DNA of 64,000 nucleotides. Origin: Chiloscyllium plagiosum. Lineage: Eukaryota. The notes beneath the pieces were generated by a model. The model did not search any database and was not told where the DNA came from. It was given only the letters and a program-made list of their open reading frames with translations. The stretch is from the NCBI RefSeq assembly GCF_004010195.1, contig NC_057718.1, forward strand, positions 63,657,905-63,721,904. The letters run 5' to 3'. Positions 1-12,649 of this stretch are shown here, one piece after another. A program made the position numbers and the translations under genes. Each line of letters starts with the position of its first letter. The stretch's first letter is position 1.

Positions 1-450
1 TACTATCTGTCCCCCTAATTATAGTATCCCCTATAACCACTACTTGTCTATTAGTTCCCCCCTCTTGAATGGCCTTCTGGACCATGGTGCCTTGGTCAGT
101 TGGCTCTTCCTGTCCAGAGCCCTTTTCCTCATCCGAACAGGGAGCAAGAATCTCGTAGCTGTTGGACAAGGTCAAGGGCTGAGGCTCCTCCACTCCTGAA
201 CTCCGGTTCCCCCTACCTGCCTCACTTACAGTCACACTCTTTTGTGCCTGATCACTAGCTGAATGTGAATTACTTAATCTCCCAGGTGTGACTGCCTCCT
301 GAAACAAAGCATCCAGGTAACTCTCCCCCTCCCGGATGTGCCGCAGTGTTTGAAGCTCAGATTCCAGATCATCAACTCTGATCCGGAGTTCTTCCAGCAA
401 CCAGCACTTGCTGCAGATGTGGTCACTGCCATTCACAATGCCGTCAACAA
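1..450 (-). mobile_element. CR1 LINE ORF1 fragment
   Basis: Minus strand reads into a GDTIIRGTD esterase-like motif matching the other CR1 ORF1 copies in the window. Confidence 0.6.
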
Positions 451-669
451 AACCTCCCAACTTTTATACTCCATTTCCATTGGAACAAAGGCCAACAGCT
501 TGCACTTTGAATGGGATGAGCTTCTCCTTCAACTTCACAATTGGTGGGATGAGACAATAAGGCCAATTTCAATCAGCTTCTGAGAGACCAGGCTCTTTCC
601 TGTGCCAGGTCTTTGTGGAATTAGTACATGAAGGGACTACCATGTTCAATATGGTGGACGATGCACATC

Positions 670-1190
670 TTTAAAAGGTGGAGGAAGTGGCAGAGAGCAA
701 AGATGGGAGTCAGAAGGTAGAAGAGCGAGTGAAGCGGAGGGCATGAAGGAATGCAATAGAAGCAAGGAGAAAGGAAAGTAGATAAAGAACTGAAGAAAGC
801 AAAGTTATGACGTGAAGAGGAAAAGCTAGGAAAGTTGGACTGGTACAGTTGATCTTACAGAAGGCCACATGTACAAGATAAACTGAATGCTTACTGCACA
901 GAACATGACAACTGATTGATTCCATGAAATGTGAGTTAGGAGATGGAAGTGGGCACAAGGCAGGATGAAGAGGAAGGGCATACAGAAGGAGAGACATTTG
1001 AGGAAGGAGAAAGGGAGGAGGTAAAGGAGGGAAAATAGACTCTGTGGGAGGAAGAAGGAAGTGGGGGAATGGAGCAAACAAATGAAAAGAATGAGTTGAA
1101 GAAAGGGCGTAAAAGAAAGCAGAAGAAAGGAAGATGAGAGGAAAAAAAGCGAAGAAAGAATTGAAGAAAGGTAATAAGGAAAGGGAAACA
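670..1190. repeat. Purine-rich (G/A) low-complexity tract
   Basis: Extended gaaag/ggaag/aagg composition. Confidence 0.8.
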
Positions 1191-1302
1191 ACTGGTGTCT
1201 GTTAAAGATAACTTTCTTATGACAATTAATTAAAAGAAAATTTCACAATCTTTAATTAAATCTGAACCATTAAACCAGAAGAAAAATGTGAAAATCGTTT
1301 AC

Positions 1303-1347
1303 CTTGCACAACAGCATTATTCAATTTTTCTTTGTCTTCTGCAAGAT
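1303..1347 (-). CDS. Candidate 45-bp in-frame exon, (D)LAEDKEKLNNAVVQ
   Basis: Donor CAAG|gtaaac, open in phase 1-1, 83 bp downstream of the 63-bp candidate. The acceptor is weak and several in-frame AGs are possible. Confidence 0.3.
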
Positions 1348-1430
1348 CTATTTCTTAATGCACTAAGAGATTGTAAATGCTACCTTTACTATTAAAAGAT
1401 TACAAATGTTTCCTCATTCAATTCACTCAC

Positions 1431-1493
1431 CCCCAGAAAGATCTGCTGCCTGTACATCTGAAGTGGAGGCTGCTAATAGCTGGAGTGTTTCAC
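1431..1493 (-). CDS. Candidate 63-bp in-frame exon, (G)ETLQLLAASTSDVQAADLSG, possibly part of PDE10A
   Basis: Acceptor ttttttttatgtag, donor gtgagt, open in phase 1-1 (the phase left by the PDE10A exon), in non-repetitive AT-rich DNA. No homology recognised. Confidence 0.55.
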
Positions 1494-1609
1494 CTACATA
1501 AAAAAAATTCCATGAACTATTAAATCTACTATTACAGTGTCTCATTTAACTTACAGAAAATTGTAATTTCAGGATGTGTTAAATCACTCAAAACTATACA
1601 TTGCTTATT

Positions 1610-1785
1610 AAAGTAACTTCATATAGGCCTGTATTCCATCACCAGGTCACCCTTTATTTACATGTAGAGAGCCCTTGACACAGATCCAATTTCCTCAGAG
1701 CTACAGCAAATAGAAACTGTGACACTCCTGTTCTCCTGAACTCATTCTATAAGGTCCACCTGCTGACCTCATTACAATCACTACA
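1610..1785 (-). mobile_element. Solo LTR, same family as 48037-48271
   Basis: Reverse-complement similarity to 48037-48271 (caggtggaccttatagaat, acaggagtgtca, catgtaaat); begins TGTA on the minus strand. Confidence 0.55.
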
Positions 1786-2026
1786 CTTAAATATCTAATT
1801 TACTTAAAATCACTTTCTCCTAGAAGTTAGCTTCTTTGTTACAAATGAGCCTAAGGGATACAAATTGGTTTAAAACTGGCAAATAAATTCCTGGCCAGTT
1901 AAGCTACAAGATGTAGACAGAGTTTTGATGCATGGCAAGGCAGGTGATGTATATTTACTCCCACCTTCTCTGCATAAAAAATTTGCTAGATTATAATGTT
2001 ATTTTATAATGTGTCTCTTTCATATG

Positions 2027-2360
2027 CAGCACGGGGGCTCAGTGGTTAGCTCTGCTGCCTCACATTGCCAGGGACCTGGGTTCAATTCTAGCCCTGGGTG
2101 ACTGTCTGAAGTTTGCACATTCTTCCTGTGTCTGCATGGGTTTCCTCTAGGGGCTCTGCTTTCCTCCCACATCCAAAGATGTGAAGGTTAGGTAGATTGG
2201 CCATGCTATGGATGGTGCAGGTCAGGTGGATTAGCCATGGGAAATGCAGGGTTATAGGGATAGGGTAGGTGGGGTGTGTCTGGATGGGATGTTCTTTGTT
2301 GGTGTCAGTGTGGACTCGATGGGCCAAACGACCCATTTCCACACTGTAGGGATTCTGTGA
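2027..2360 (+). mobile_element. HE1-type V-SINE, older copy
   Basis: tRNA-derived head (ggctcagtggttagc...ctgggttcaattc), V-domain (ttgcacattctt...gggtttcctc) and CR1-like tail. Confidence 0.85.
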
Positions 2361-2714
2361 TTCTAGGTTGTGCTCTTCCAGCACCATTGATCCAGAATCT
2401 GGTTTCCAGCATCTGCAGTCATTGTTTTTACCATTCTGTGATTCTAGGTTGACCCACTCCAATTCACTCTCCTATTACTCGTAATTTAAATCTGTTTGAA
2501 AACATTCATTGAGTAACTACTGATTATCTTAATTAAATTAGACAGGATAGAAGCTAGGTGAGCCTAAAGCCGTTTCACATTTTCCAAGCAAAGTTGGAAA
2601 GTTAGGAATCCATGATAGGCTCAGTAATCTAATATCCGAATTCAGCTTGTTGTTGAGTAGGTAAAGCTTCATCCAGTAAAAACAGTTCTGCAATATAAAT
2701 ACGGTATTAAATAA

Positions 2715-5010
2715 GAACATAAGAAAGGAGTACGAGTAGACCATCTGGCCCATCAAGCCTGCTCCACCATTTAATAAGATAATGAGTGATCTCTTTGTGG
2801 ACTCAGCTTACCCACCTGCTCACCATAACCCTTAGTTTCTTTACTGTTCAGAAATGCGTCCATCTTTGCCTTAAAAACATTCAATGAGATAGCCTCGACT
2901 GCTTCCTATATAGCCGCAGCAATAACCTCCCTGTTTTTAAACTCCAATTCTCTGGCAATGAAGGACAATCTTCCATTTGCCTTCTTAATGACCTGCTACA
3001 CCTGCAAACCAACATTTTGTGATTCATGCACAAGGACACCCAGGTACCTCTGCACAGCAGCATGGTGCAACTTTTCACTATTTAAATAATAGTCCATTTT
3101 ACTGTTATTCCTTCCAAAATGGATGACTCACATTTACCAACATTGTATTCCATCTGTTAGGTCCTTGCCCGCTCACTTAACGTATCTATATCCTTCTGCA
3201 CAGTTTGCTCTACAACTCATGTGAGTGTCATCTGCAAACTTTGACACACTTCAATTGGTCCCCAATTCCAATTCAAATTTCAGTCCCAACACTGATTCCT
3301 GGCAATTGGAACTCATTGTAATAAACACAGACACTTTGTCTTTGGCCATTCTTTGTGAATTTCATGAGTGTTGAATCAAAGCTTAAATAGTGCCTTTGCA
3401 ATTTACAACATTAATAAAATTTATAACAAGTATATATACTTAGATTACAGAATCCTTATGTTGCAGAGGGAAGTCTTCCAACCCACCATTTCGACACTGC
3501 ATCTCTGAGCTTTACAATATAGTGCTTTTTTTATGCCTTCTCCTCAAACTTACATATTACTTGAATAGAAACAATCATCTAATGCTCTCCTGAATACTTC
3601 AGTTGTGCTCTGCCTCCAGCACACTTCGACAGTGCATTCCAGACCAAAGAGCTTTTGTGTGAAAGAGTTTTCTGTTACAATACATTTGCCATATCTGCAA
3701 GTCACTTTAATCTGTGCCCTTTAATTCTTGGAAATTTCCTCTGAAAATCCATTTTTTAAAAAAAAATACATTTCTTCTGCACTCTCTTCAGCATGTTCAC
3801 ATTTTTCCATGACTGTGGCACACAGAACTGTATACAATATTCTAGCTGAGGTCTAACGAATATCTTCTACAATTAAAGTAAAACCTTCCTGCTTTCATAC
3901 TGTCCTATACTTCAATATTCTAATTCAGCTCATCAGGTAACACAGGAAATACAGCCATCTGCATTCATGTTTATTGGAAAGAATTTATACAGTTGATAAA
4001 ATAAGTTACCCAATTCAATTAGCCTTGACATCAATATCTACCTTCATATTTCTTATTGTTTGCTGCAAGTCAGTGAATGCACGAGAAAATATTAACCCAG
4101 ATTGAACAGACACAGGTGTACTTCAAAAATGACATGCAGAACACAATTCCAGGATTCCCACCTATTCCTGTTTGTACCAGTTTTGACCAACATGGAATAA
4201 AGAGGAGGGCAGCACTCCTGCCTTTGCTAGCCCATTCAACATACCTACACTGACAACCACCCCCCACCAACATCACAATTTCTTGTTTGAAGTTGAGTAC
4301 TAGCTCACAGAGAAGTCAGAAACTATGAGGATTCCCAGATCTTACTGTGGGACTAAAAAGAAAGTCTGCTTCTGAAATGATTGATTCACAAACTTTGAAA
4401 CACAAAAGTATGTTTTACGATTCTTTCAATTTCGATGGTCAGATTCTGTACTATTAGCACTGTGTAAACATGATCATACAAACCAAGAGCAGGAGGAAGC
4501 CATTCAGCCCCTCAGCCTACTGCACCATTCAATCAAGTAAAAAGTTGTACCTCAAATCCACATTCCCACCTACCTTTAATAACGTTTCAAATGCTTGCTC
4601 AACACGAATCTACCCATCTCTTAAAAATATTCAACAACCATGCTTCCATCACTCTTTTAGGGGGTTTCAAAGCCTCAAAACTCAGACAGAGAACTTTACA
4701 TTATATGTTTTAAATGGCTGACAGAGATTTTTAAACCGTTATCTCTAGTTTTAGATTCTCCCTTAAAAGCTACATCTTGCCACATCTAATCTATCAAGAT
4801 ACTTCAAGATTTTATGTTTCGAACAAGTTGTCCCTTAGTCTTCTAAACCCTAGCAAGTACAAGCCTAGCCTGTCCAACCTGCCCATTCTGGGTATGAGTC
4901 CAGTCAACCTTCTCTGAACTGCCTCCAGCACATTTACATCCTTCCTTAAATAAAGCCACCAGTATTGTGCACAGTACTCAGATGTCATCTCACCAGTGCC
5001 CACCTCTCCC
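2715..5010 (-). mobile_element. Several degraded CR1 3' fragments
   Basis: Includes YCAQYW...YLRKDVNVLEAVQRRLT-type RT C-terminal peptides and CR1 3' UTR ends. Confidence 0.7.
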
Positions 5011-5089
5011 AAAAACACTTAATTCTATCACTCAACAAGAGTCTACCTTCCTCTACCTTAGAAAATATCCAATAATTTTGAGTAGTCGT

Positions 5090-7350
5090 ATTTAAGGTTG
5101 TATAACTGGTTCCTAGTATTGTTTGTAATTGATAAAGTTCACCATTCTAGGAGAACTTAGCCCATGGAATGTACATCCTGCAATATGTGGGAAATCAGAG
5201 ATACCTCCAGTGTCTGTGGTGACCACATACGTAAGGTGTTCAGCTGCAACTCCTGATTTGCTGCATGGAACGCCTGGAGCTTCAGATGGACTCACTACGG
5301 AGCATCCATGAGGCCGAGAACTTTGTGGATAGCAATTTTTAGTGAGTCTGTCACACTACCAGTAAGGGCTACACAGACATAAGAGCATTGGGCAGTCACC
5401 AGAAAAATCAAGTAAGCATGGACAGGCAGTGCAGGAGCTCTCTGTGGCCATTCTCCTCTCAAAGGCTGAAGTGTAGGTGAGGAGGAGTGATAGGGAACTT
5501 TATGGTCAAGGACACAATTAGATATTTCTGCACTTGCAACAAAGACTCCAGGATGGTTTGTTGCTTCCCTGATGCCAGGGTAAAGGATATCTCTGAGCAG
5601 GCACAGAACGGTCTGAAATTGGGGGTTGGTGGTAGGGGTTTAGCAACCAGAGGTTGTGATCAATATTGGTACTAACGACATATGTAGAAAGAAAGACAAG
5701 ATTCTGCAGAAGAAAGTTAGTGAGTTCAGTCGGAAGTTCAAAAGCAGGACCTACAGGGTTGTAATCTTAGGAGTAATCTCTGTGCCATGTGCCAGTGAGG
5801 CCAGAAATAACAAAATTATCCAGTTGAATGCATGGTGAAAGACCCGGTATAGGAGGGAGGGCTTCAAAAATCTGGTTTATTGCAATCTCTTCCAGGTGGA
5901 ATCTGCATAAGGAAGACAGACTGCACCAATTGGGACACCAATACACTTGCAGGGAGATTTCCTCGTGCCACTGAAGAGGGTTTAAACTAGAGTGATAGTG
6001 AGGTGAGAAATGGAGCAGCTGGTAAGCATGTGACGTGATTGAGAACAAGATCGATGTTAAGTCTAATCGGAAGGTCCAGGTTAATGAACATGGCAGGAGT
6101 GATGGTCTGAAGTGTATCTACTTTAATATAAGGAGTTAAACAGATAAAGCAGATAAGCTTAGAGCCTGAATTACTACATAAAAATACAATATAGCAGCCA
6201 TTACAGAAACTTGGTTGAGAGAAGGGCAGAACTGGCAGCTCTATGTTACAGGGTTTAGATGTTTCAGGTGTGATTGGGTGTAAAAGGGCTGTAGAATTTG
6301 CATTGCTAATGAAGGAGAACATCACAGCTGTACTGAGAGAGGACATCTTGTGGGAAGGATTCATCCAGCAAGGCCACATGGGTAGAATTTAAGCACAAGA
6401 AAGATGGGGTTATACAATAGCCAGCAGAAGACAGAAGAGGAATAGATACATGCATGCAAATCATGGAAAAACGTAAAAACGATGGGGTGATTTTAACTTA
6501 TAGTGGGTGATTTTAACTTCCCCAATATTAATTGGGGCTCCTTTAGTGCCAGGGGTTTAGATGGAGCAGAATTTGTTAGGTGCCAGAAGGGTTTCTTAAA
6601 TGAATATGTAGATAGTCCAACTAGAGAAGGGCTTTTGCCCAAAACGTCGATTTTCCTGCTCCTCGGATGCTGCCTGACCGGCTCTGCTTTTCCAGCACCA
6701 CTCTGATCTAAACAACTAGAGAAGGGGCCATACTAGACCTTGTAATGGGCAATGAGCCTGGCCAGGTGTTCAAAGTTTTAGTGGGGGTGCACTTTGGGAA
6801 CAGTGATCATAATTCAGTACGTCTAGTCCTCTGGTGAAAGTGCTGAATTAGGGGGAGGTTAATTACAACAGTATTGGGCAGGATGTGGAAAAATTAGTTT
6901 GGGAGCAGCTATTTGAGGGTAAATCTGCATCTGACACATGGGAATAGTTTAAAGGCCAGTATGTTCCTGGCCTGATGGGATCCATCTCAGGATACTGAAG
7001 GAGGCAGGGGAGGAGATTGCTGGGGCCTTGACAGAGATCTTTGTATCCTCTTTTGCCACAGGCAAGGTCTCAGAAGAACTGGAGAATAGCCAATGCTGTT
7101 CCTTTGTTCAATAAGGTCATCAGGGATAATACAGGAAAATATAGGCCGGTGAGCCTTCATAATGCCAGGGAAATTACTGGAGAAGTTTCTTAGTGACAGA
7201 ATTTACTTGCATTTGGAAAACAATGGACCTATTAGGGATAGTCAGCACGGCGTTATGCGGGGAGATAGGGTCTCAAAAACATGACTGAATTTTTTGAGCA
7301 AGTGACAAATGTGATAGATAACGGTAGGGCCATGGATATTGTCTACATTG
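5090..7350 (+). mobile_element. CR1 LINE: ORF1 (SGNH esterase), APE endonuclease and start of RT, degenerate
   Basis: Motifs VCCFPDARVKD, INIGTNDI and GDFNFPNINW...YVDSPTREG. Confidence 0.85.
6626..6712 (+). mobile_element. Penelope terminal fragment with a truncated hammerhead core, inserted in CR1
   Basis: gaagggcttttgcccaaaacgtcgatt..., flanked by the direct repeat caactagagaaggg. Confidence 0.75.
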
Positions 7351-10300
7351 TCAGGCTCACCGGTCTATTGTTCCCTGGCTTTTTCTTACCACCCTTCTTG
7401 AATAGTGGTACTACATTAGCCAACCTCCAGTCTTCTGTACCTTACCTGTGACTATCGATGATACAAATAGCTCAGCAAACACTTCCCTAGCTTTCCACAG
7501 AGTTCTAGGGTCAGGTCACCTGATCAGGTCCTGAGGATTTATCCACTTTTATGCATTTCGAGACATCCAGAACCACCTCCTCTGTAATATGGACAGTTTT
7601 CAAGATGTCACCATCGATTTCCCCACATTGTATTATCTTCCATGTCCTTCTCCACAGTAAGCACTAATGCAAAGTACTTGTTTAGTATATTCCCGCATCT
7701 CCTGCGGCTGCACACATAGGCTGCAATTGTACCAGCCTCCACTACTTGTGTGGACTGATTGGTGAGTTTGCAGACAACACAAAAACTAAAAGAAGCTGTG
7801 AGGAGTGAGGATGGTTATCAAAGAATACAGCAGAATATAGATCAGTTGGAAAGCTGGCCAGGGAAATGCAGACGGGGTTTAATCTGGACAATTGTGAGGT
7901 GATACATTTTAGGTTAGGAGGATTGGCCATGCTAAATTGCCCATAGTGTGCAGGGATTGCAGGCTTGGTGGATTAGCTATGGGAAATGTGGAGTTACAGG
8001 GATAGGGTGGGGGGTGGATCTGAGTAGGATGATCTTCAGAGGATCAATGTGGATTCGATGGCCTGCTTCCACACTGCAAGGATTCTATGATTTTGGGAGG
8101 TTAAATGTAAAAGGGAAGTATACATTTAATTGTTTGACCCTAAGGAGCATGATATACAGAGGGATTTTGAATCCTAAGTCCATAGCTCCCTAAAAGCGAG
8201 AACATTAGTGAATAAGGTGACAAAGAAGCCATACAACATGCTTGCCTTCTCTGCCCCAACCAATGATGTACTGCTTAGACTGTAAAAGGCTCTGGTCAGA
8301 CTGCATTTGCGGTATTGAGAGCATGTTTGGGCCCCATATCCAGTGAAGGATGTGCTGCACTTGGAGGGGTCCAGAGAAGGTTTACAAGAATGATGCCATG
8401 GATGAAGGACTGTCATCTGAGGAGGGGTTGAAAATTCTGGATCTGTACTCAATGGAGTTCAGAAGGATGAGAAGGATCTCATTAAAATTTACACAATACT
8501 GAGAAGCCTGGATAGACTGGATGTGAAGAGGATGTTTCCACTAGTAGGAGAGACAAGAACCTGTGGGCATAGCCTCAGAATGAAGGGACAGCCGTTTAGA
8601 ACTAGGATGAGGAAAAATGTCTTCAGCCAGTCTGTGACTCAATAATCAACACCTAGATCCCTCTGCATCTCAGAGTTCTGTGTTCTCCATTTAAATAATA
8701 CTGTTTTTATTCCTCCTGCCAAAGTGAACAACTTCACTTCTCAAATTATACAGCACCCTACCAGACTTTTGCCCATTTCATTCAACAAATGCCTGGTAAT
8801 TCACCTCTACAAGGGGAGAAAGGTTTTCCTCTCTTCTGCATTCAAGCCCCTCATTAATTTGGACATTCAATGTAGTCACGCCTCAGTCTCCTCTGTTCTA
8901 GGGAAAACAACCCGAACAGATCAAATCTTTTCTCAAACTTGCAATTTTAAGCCCTGGCAACATTCTCGTAAGTCTCACCTGTAATTTCTCTGGAACAATT
9001 ATGTCCTCCCTGTAACATGGTGATCAGAACTGTGCACAAAGTTCCAGCTGTGGCCTAACCAGTGAGTTCTACAGTACCAGCATTGCGCTCTTACTTTTAT
9101 ATTCAATTTCTCAACTAATGAACAAAAGCATCCCATATGCCTTCTTTACCACCTTATTTACCTGTCATGCTACCTTCAGGGAACTGTAGACATACAGTCC
9201 AAAGTCTCTCACTTCTTCTAACCTTTTCAATATCTTCCCTGACTCTTTTCTGTTTTGTTTTCACTCCCCACAGGCATCACATCTCATTTCTCTGACTGAA
9301 TTCCACTGGGAGAAAGTGAGGACTGCAGATGCTGGACAGTCAAAGTCAAAAAGTGTGGTGCTGGAAAACCACAGCAGGTCAGGCAGCATCCAAGGAGCAG
9401 GAAAATCGATGTTTCGGGCATAAGTTCTTCATTAGGAATTCCACTGGCCATGTTTTCACCCAGTCAAACCATTGATATCACCCTCAGGCCAACACCATCT
9501 TCTTCAACAATCACCTACACGGTCAATGTTTGTGCCATCTGAAAATTTCTCAATCATTACCTCCCACATTTAAGTCCAAATAATTTACGTATGCCACATA
9601 CTGCATTGAACCCAACTTTGAGCCCTGAAAATACCACTGGAAACACCAAACAAGCATAAGCAGCAAGTGATAGATGGGGCTGAGCGAGTCCACAACCAAT
9701 GGATCAGGTCCATTCCCAAAAACATGTGTTGACCATTATTCTTCTTTTCTAAGCTAAGTGTGGACCCAACTTGCCTCATTCCCCTGTATCCTTTGGGCCT
9801 TAACTTTCCCAATCAGGCTGCCATGTGGTACATTATCAAATGCTTTCTAAAATCCATAAAGACTATAATATCTATATCAATAATACCCACTACCTTCATT
9901 AATCCTTTGTGACTTTCTCAAAAGAAAAATCAAGTTACTAGTCACAACCTTCTCTTCAGAAACCATGCTTATAATTCCTGATACCTTTCAAATTAACAGT
10001 CAATACTAATGCAGTGTTAGTGATAATAATTTGCTCAACAGAGGTCAGGATGACCAACATGTACTTATTTGGTCTATTCCCTGCATCTTTTTGGAATAAT
10101 GCCACAGCATTCACACACCTTCAATCCCCTAGTACATGATCTATATTGAGTGAGAATTGGAAAATGATCTTCAGAATACAAGCAATTTCCAACCTGGTTT
10201 CCTTTAACAGTCTAGGACATAATTCATCCAGCCCTGTTGATTTCAAAAGGTGGCCAGTCCCTGCAGTATCCTCCTTCTCAATATGTTGATTTTATCTATT

Positions 10301-10620
10301 TCACACTCCTCTTCTTCAATTAGGATAGCTGCATCATCCCTCTCCTTTGTGGAGAGGGAGACAAGGAACTCATTAAGAATCCTACCCAGATCTTTTCTAT
10401 CCACGCAAAAGATTAATATGTACAAATTTGATAGGCCCTAACCTTTTCATAGTCATCCTCTTGCTCCTGAAGTACTAATAAAACATATGTGGACTTTCCT
10501 CATTTTTACCCTTTCTCGTATCCTGTTTGCTTATCCAATTTCTTATTTCACTTCACCCCTTCCTTTATACATAACCCCAAGCTTCCTAAGTTATTACCTT
10601 TTTGAGAGATTATCATAAGC
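7350..10620. mobile_element. Mosaic of CR1 RT fragments in both orientations plus a partial HE1 SINE (about 7915-8090)
   Basis: Degenerate RT motifs (FADNTK, QGS.LGP-like) and a SINE tail. Confidence 0.7.
9308..9440 (-). mobile_element. Penelope terminal fragment with a degenerate hammerhead core
   Basis: Minus strand reads cctaatgaagaacttatgcccgaaacatcg; flanked by the direct repeat gaattccactgg. Confidence 0.8.
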
Positions 10621-10639
10621 TCCATCATGTATAGCTCTA

Positions 10640-12470
10640 AGTAAGTTCAATGGAGAGTGTAAGAGGATATGCCAAGAGCAGCACTACATATACCTGAAGG
10701 TGAGGTGCTAACCTAGTGTGAAGCCACCAAACAGGACTAGTTGTGTGCCAAACAAGCATAAGCAGCAAGTGATAGATGGGGCTGAGCGAGTCCACAACCA
10801 ATGGATCAGATCTAAGCTCTGCAATCCTGGCACATCCAGTCATGAATGGTGGTGGACACTTAAACAACTCAGTGGGGTGGGGGTGGGGGGTCTATAAATA
10901 TCCCCATTCTCAATGATGGAATAGCCAAGCACATCACTGGAAATTATAAGACTGAAGCTTTTGTAGCAATCTTCAGCCAGAAGTGCAGAGTGGATGATCC
11001 CACTCAGCTTCCTCCAGGGGTCCCCAACATTACAGATACCAGTCTTCAGCCAATTTGATTCACTCCACGTGATATCAAGAAAATGTTGGAGGCATTGGAT
11101 TCTGCAAAAGGTCATGGGCCTGGACAACATTCCAGCAACAGTACTGAAGACTTGTGCTACAGAACTTGCCACTCCCCCAGCCAAGTGGGCAGCTACCAAC
11201 AATGTGGACAGTTGTAGGTATATCTTGTACATAAAAGGCAGGACAAATCCAATCTGACCCAGTTACTGCCCCATCAGTATACTCTCAATCATCAGTTACG
11301 TGATAGAAAGTGTTATCAACAATAGCAGACCTGGTCAGCAATAACCTGTTCAGTGATGCCCAGTTTGGGTTCCTCCAGGGCACCTCAGCTCCTGACCTCA
11401 TTACAGCCTTAGTTCAAACATGAACAAAAAAGCTGGTTTCCAGAGGTGAGGCGAGTGACAGCCCTTGACATCAAGGCTGCATTCGACCGAGTGTCGCATC
11501 AAGGAGCCCTAGCAAAACTGGAATCAATGGGTACCAGTTGGAAGTCAGTAATCTTGATTCGAGGACATCTGTGCAGGGCAGTGTCCTAGGCCCAACCATC
11601 TTTAGCTGCTCCATCAGTGACCTTCCATCAATCATAAGGTCAGAAGTAGGGATGTTTGCTGATGATTGCACAACGTTCAGCATCATTCGCGACTCCTCAG
11701 ATACTGAAGCAGTCCATATTCACACGTAACAAGATCTGGACAATATCCAGGCTTGGGCTGACAAAGTGGCCAGTAACATTCATGCCACACAAATGCCAGG
11801 CTATATCACATCACCATTAAGAGACAATCTAACCACTGTCCCTTGACATTCAATGGTGCTACCGGCGCTGAATCTCCACTAACAACAAGGAGTTATCATT
11901 GACCAGAAACTCAACTAGACTCACCACATAAACACTGTAGTTACAACAGCTGGTCAGAGACTCACCATCTACAAGGCACAACTCAGGCATGTGTTGCTAC
12001 TTGCTTGGATGGGTGCAGTTTCAACAACACTCAAGAAGCTTAACACCTTCCAGAACAAAGCAGACCGCTTGATTAGTATTACATTGACAAGATCCACTCC
12101 CTTCACCTCAACGCTCAGTAGCAGCAGTGTGTACCATCCACAAGATGCACTGCAGAAATTCACCAAAGATCCTCAAACAGCACCTCCCAAACCCATGACC
12201 ATTTCTAACTAGAAGGACAGAGGCAGTAAATATATGGGAACACCACTACCTTGAACCTCCCCTCCAAGCCACCCACCATCCTGACTTGAAAATATATCAC
12301 TGTTCCTTCACTGTCACTGGGTAAAACTCCTGGAATTCCCTCCCTAGTGGCATTGTGGGTCAACCTACAGAACGTGGACAACAGTGGTAAACCTCCACCT
12401 TCTCAAGGGCAACAAGGGATAGACAATAAATGCTGACAAGTCAGCGAAGCCCACATCTGACAAATGAATA
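10640..12470 (+). mobile_element. CR1-clade LINE of a second family, RT through 3' UTR
   Basis: GLDNIPATVLKTCATELA and VQGSVLGPTIFSC...MFADDCT. Confidence 0.85.
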
Positions 12471-12649
12471 GATAAAAACAAGAACAAAATTTTGTTCTGC
12501 TTGATCTTGCACTGTATCTTTCTGGATAATCAGGGGACTCTTTGGCAGTATCACCCTTTTTCGTTTTGATACAAGTCCACAAATTGTAAAATTTACCTTT
12601 TCCAATGTAAATTTTTTACTGTTCTTTCTTTCACCATTTTTTGGAGGAA

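Noticed and set aside
710..1191. Two 120-aa hydrophobic ORFs (F/L/S/P-rich)
   Set aside because: They are a by-product of the purine-rich low-complexity tract.
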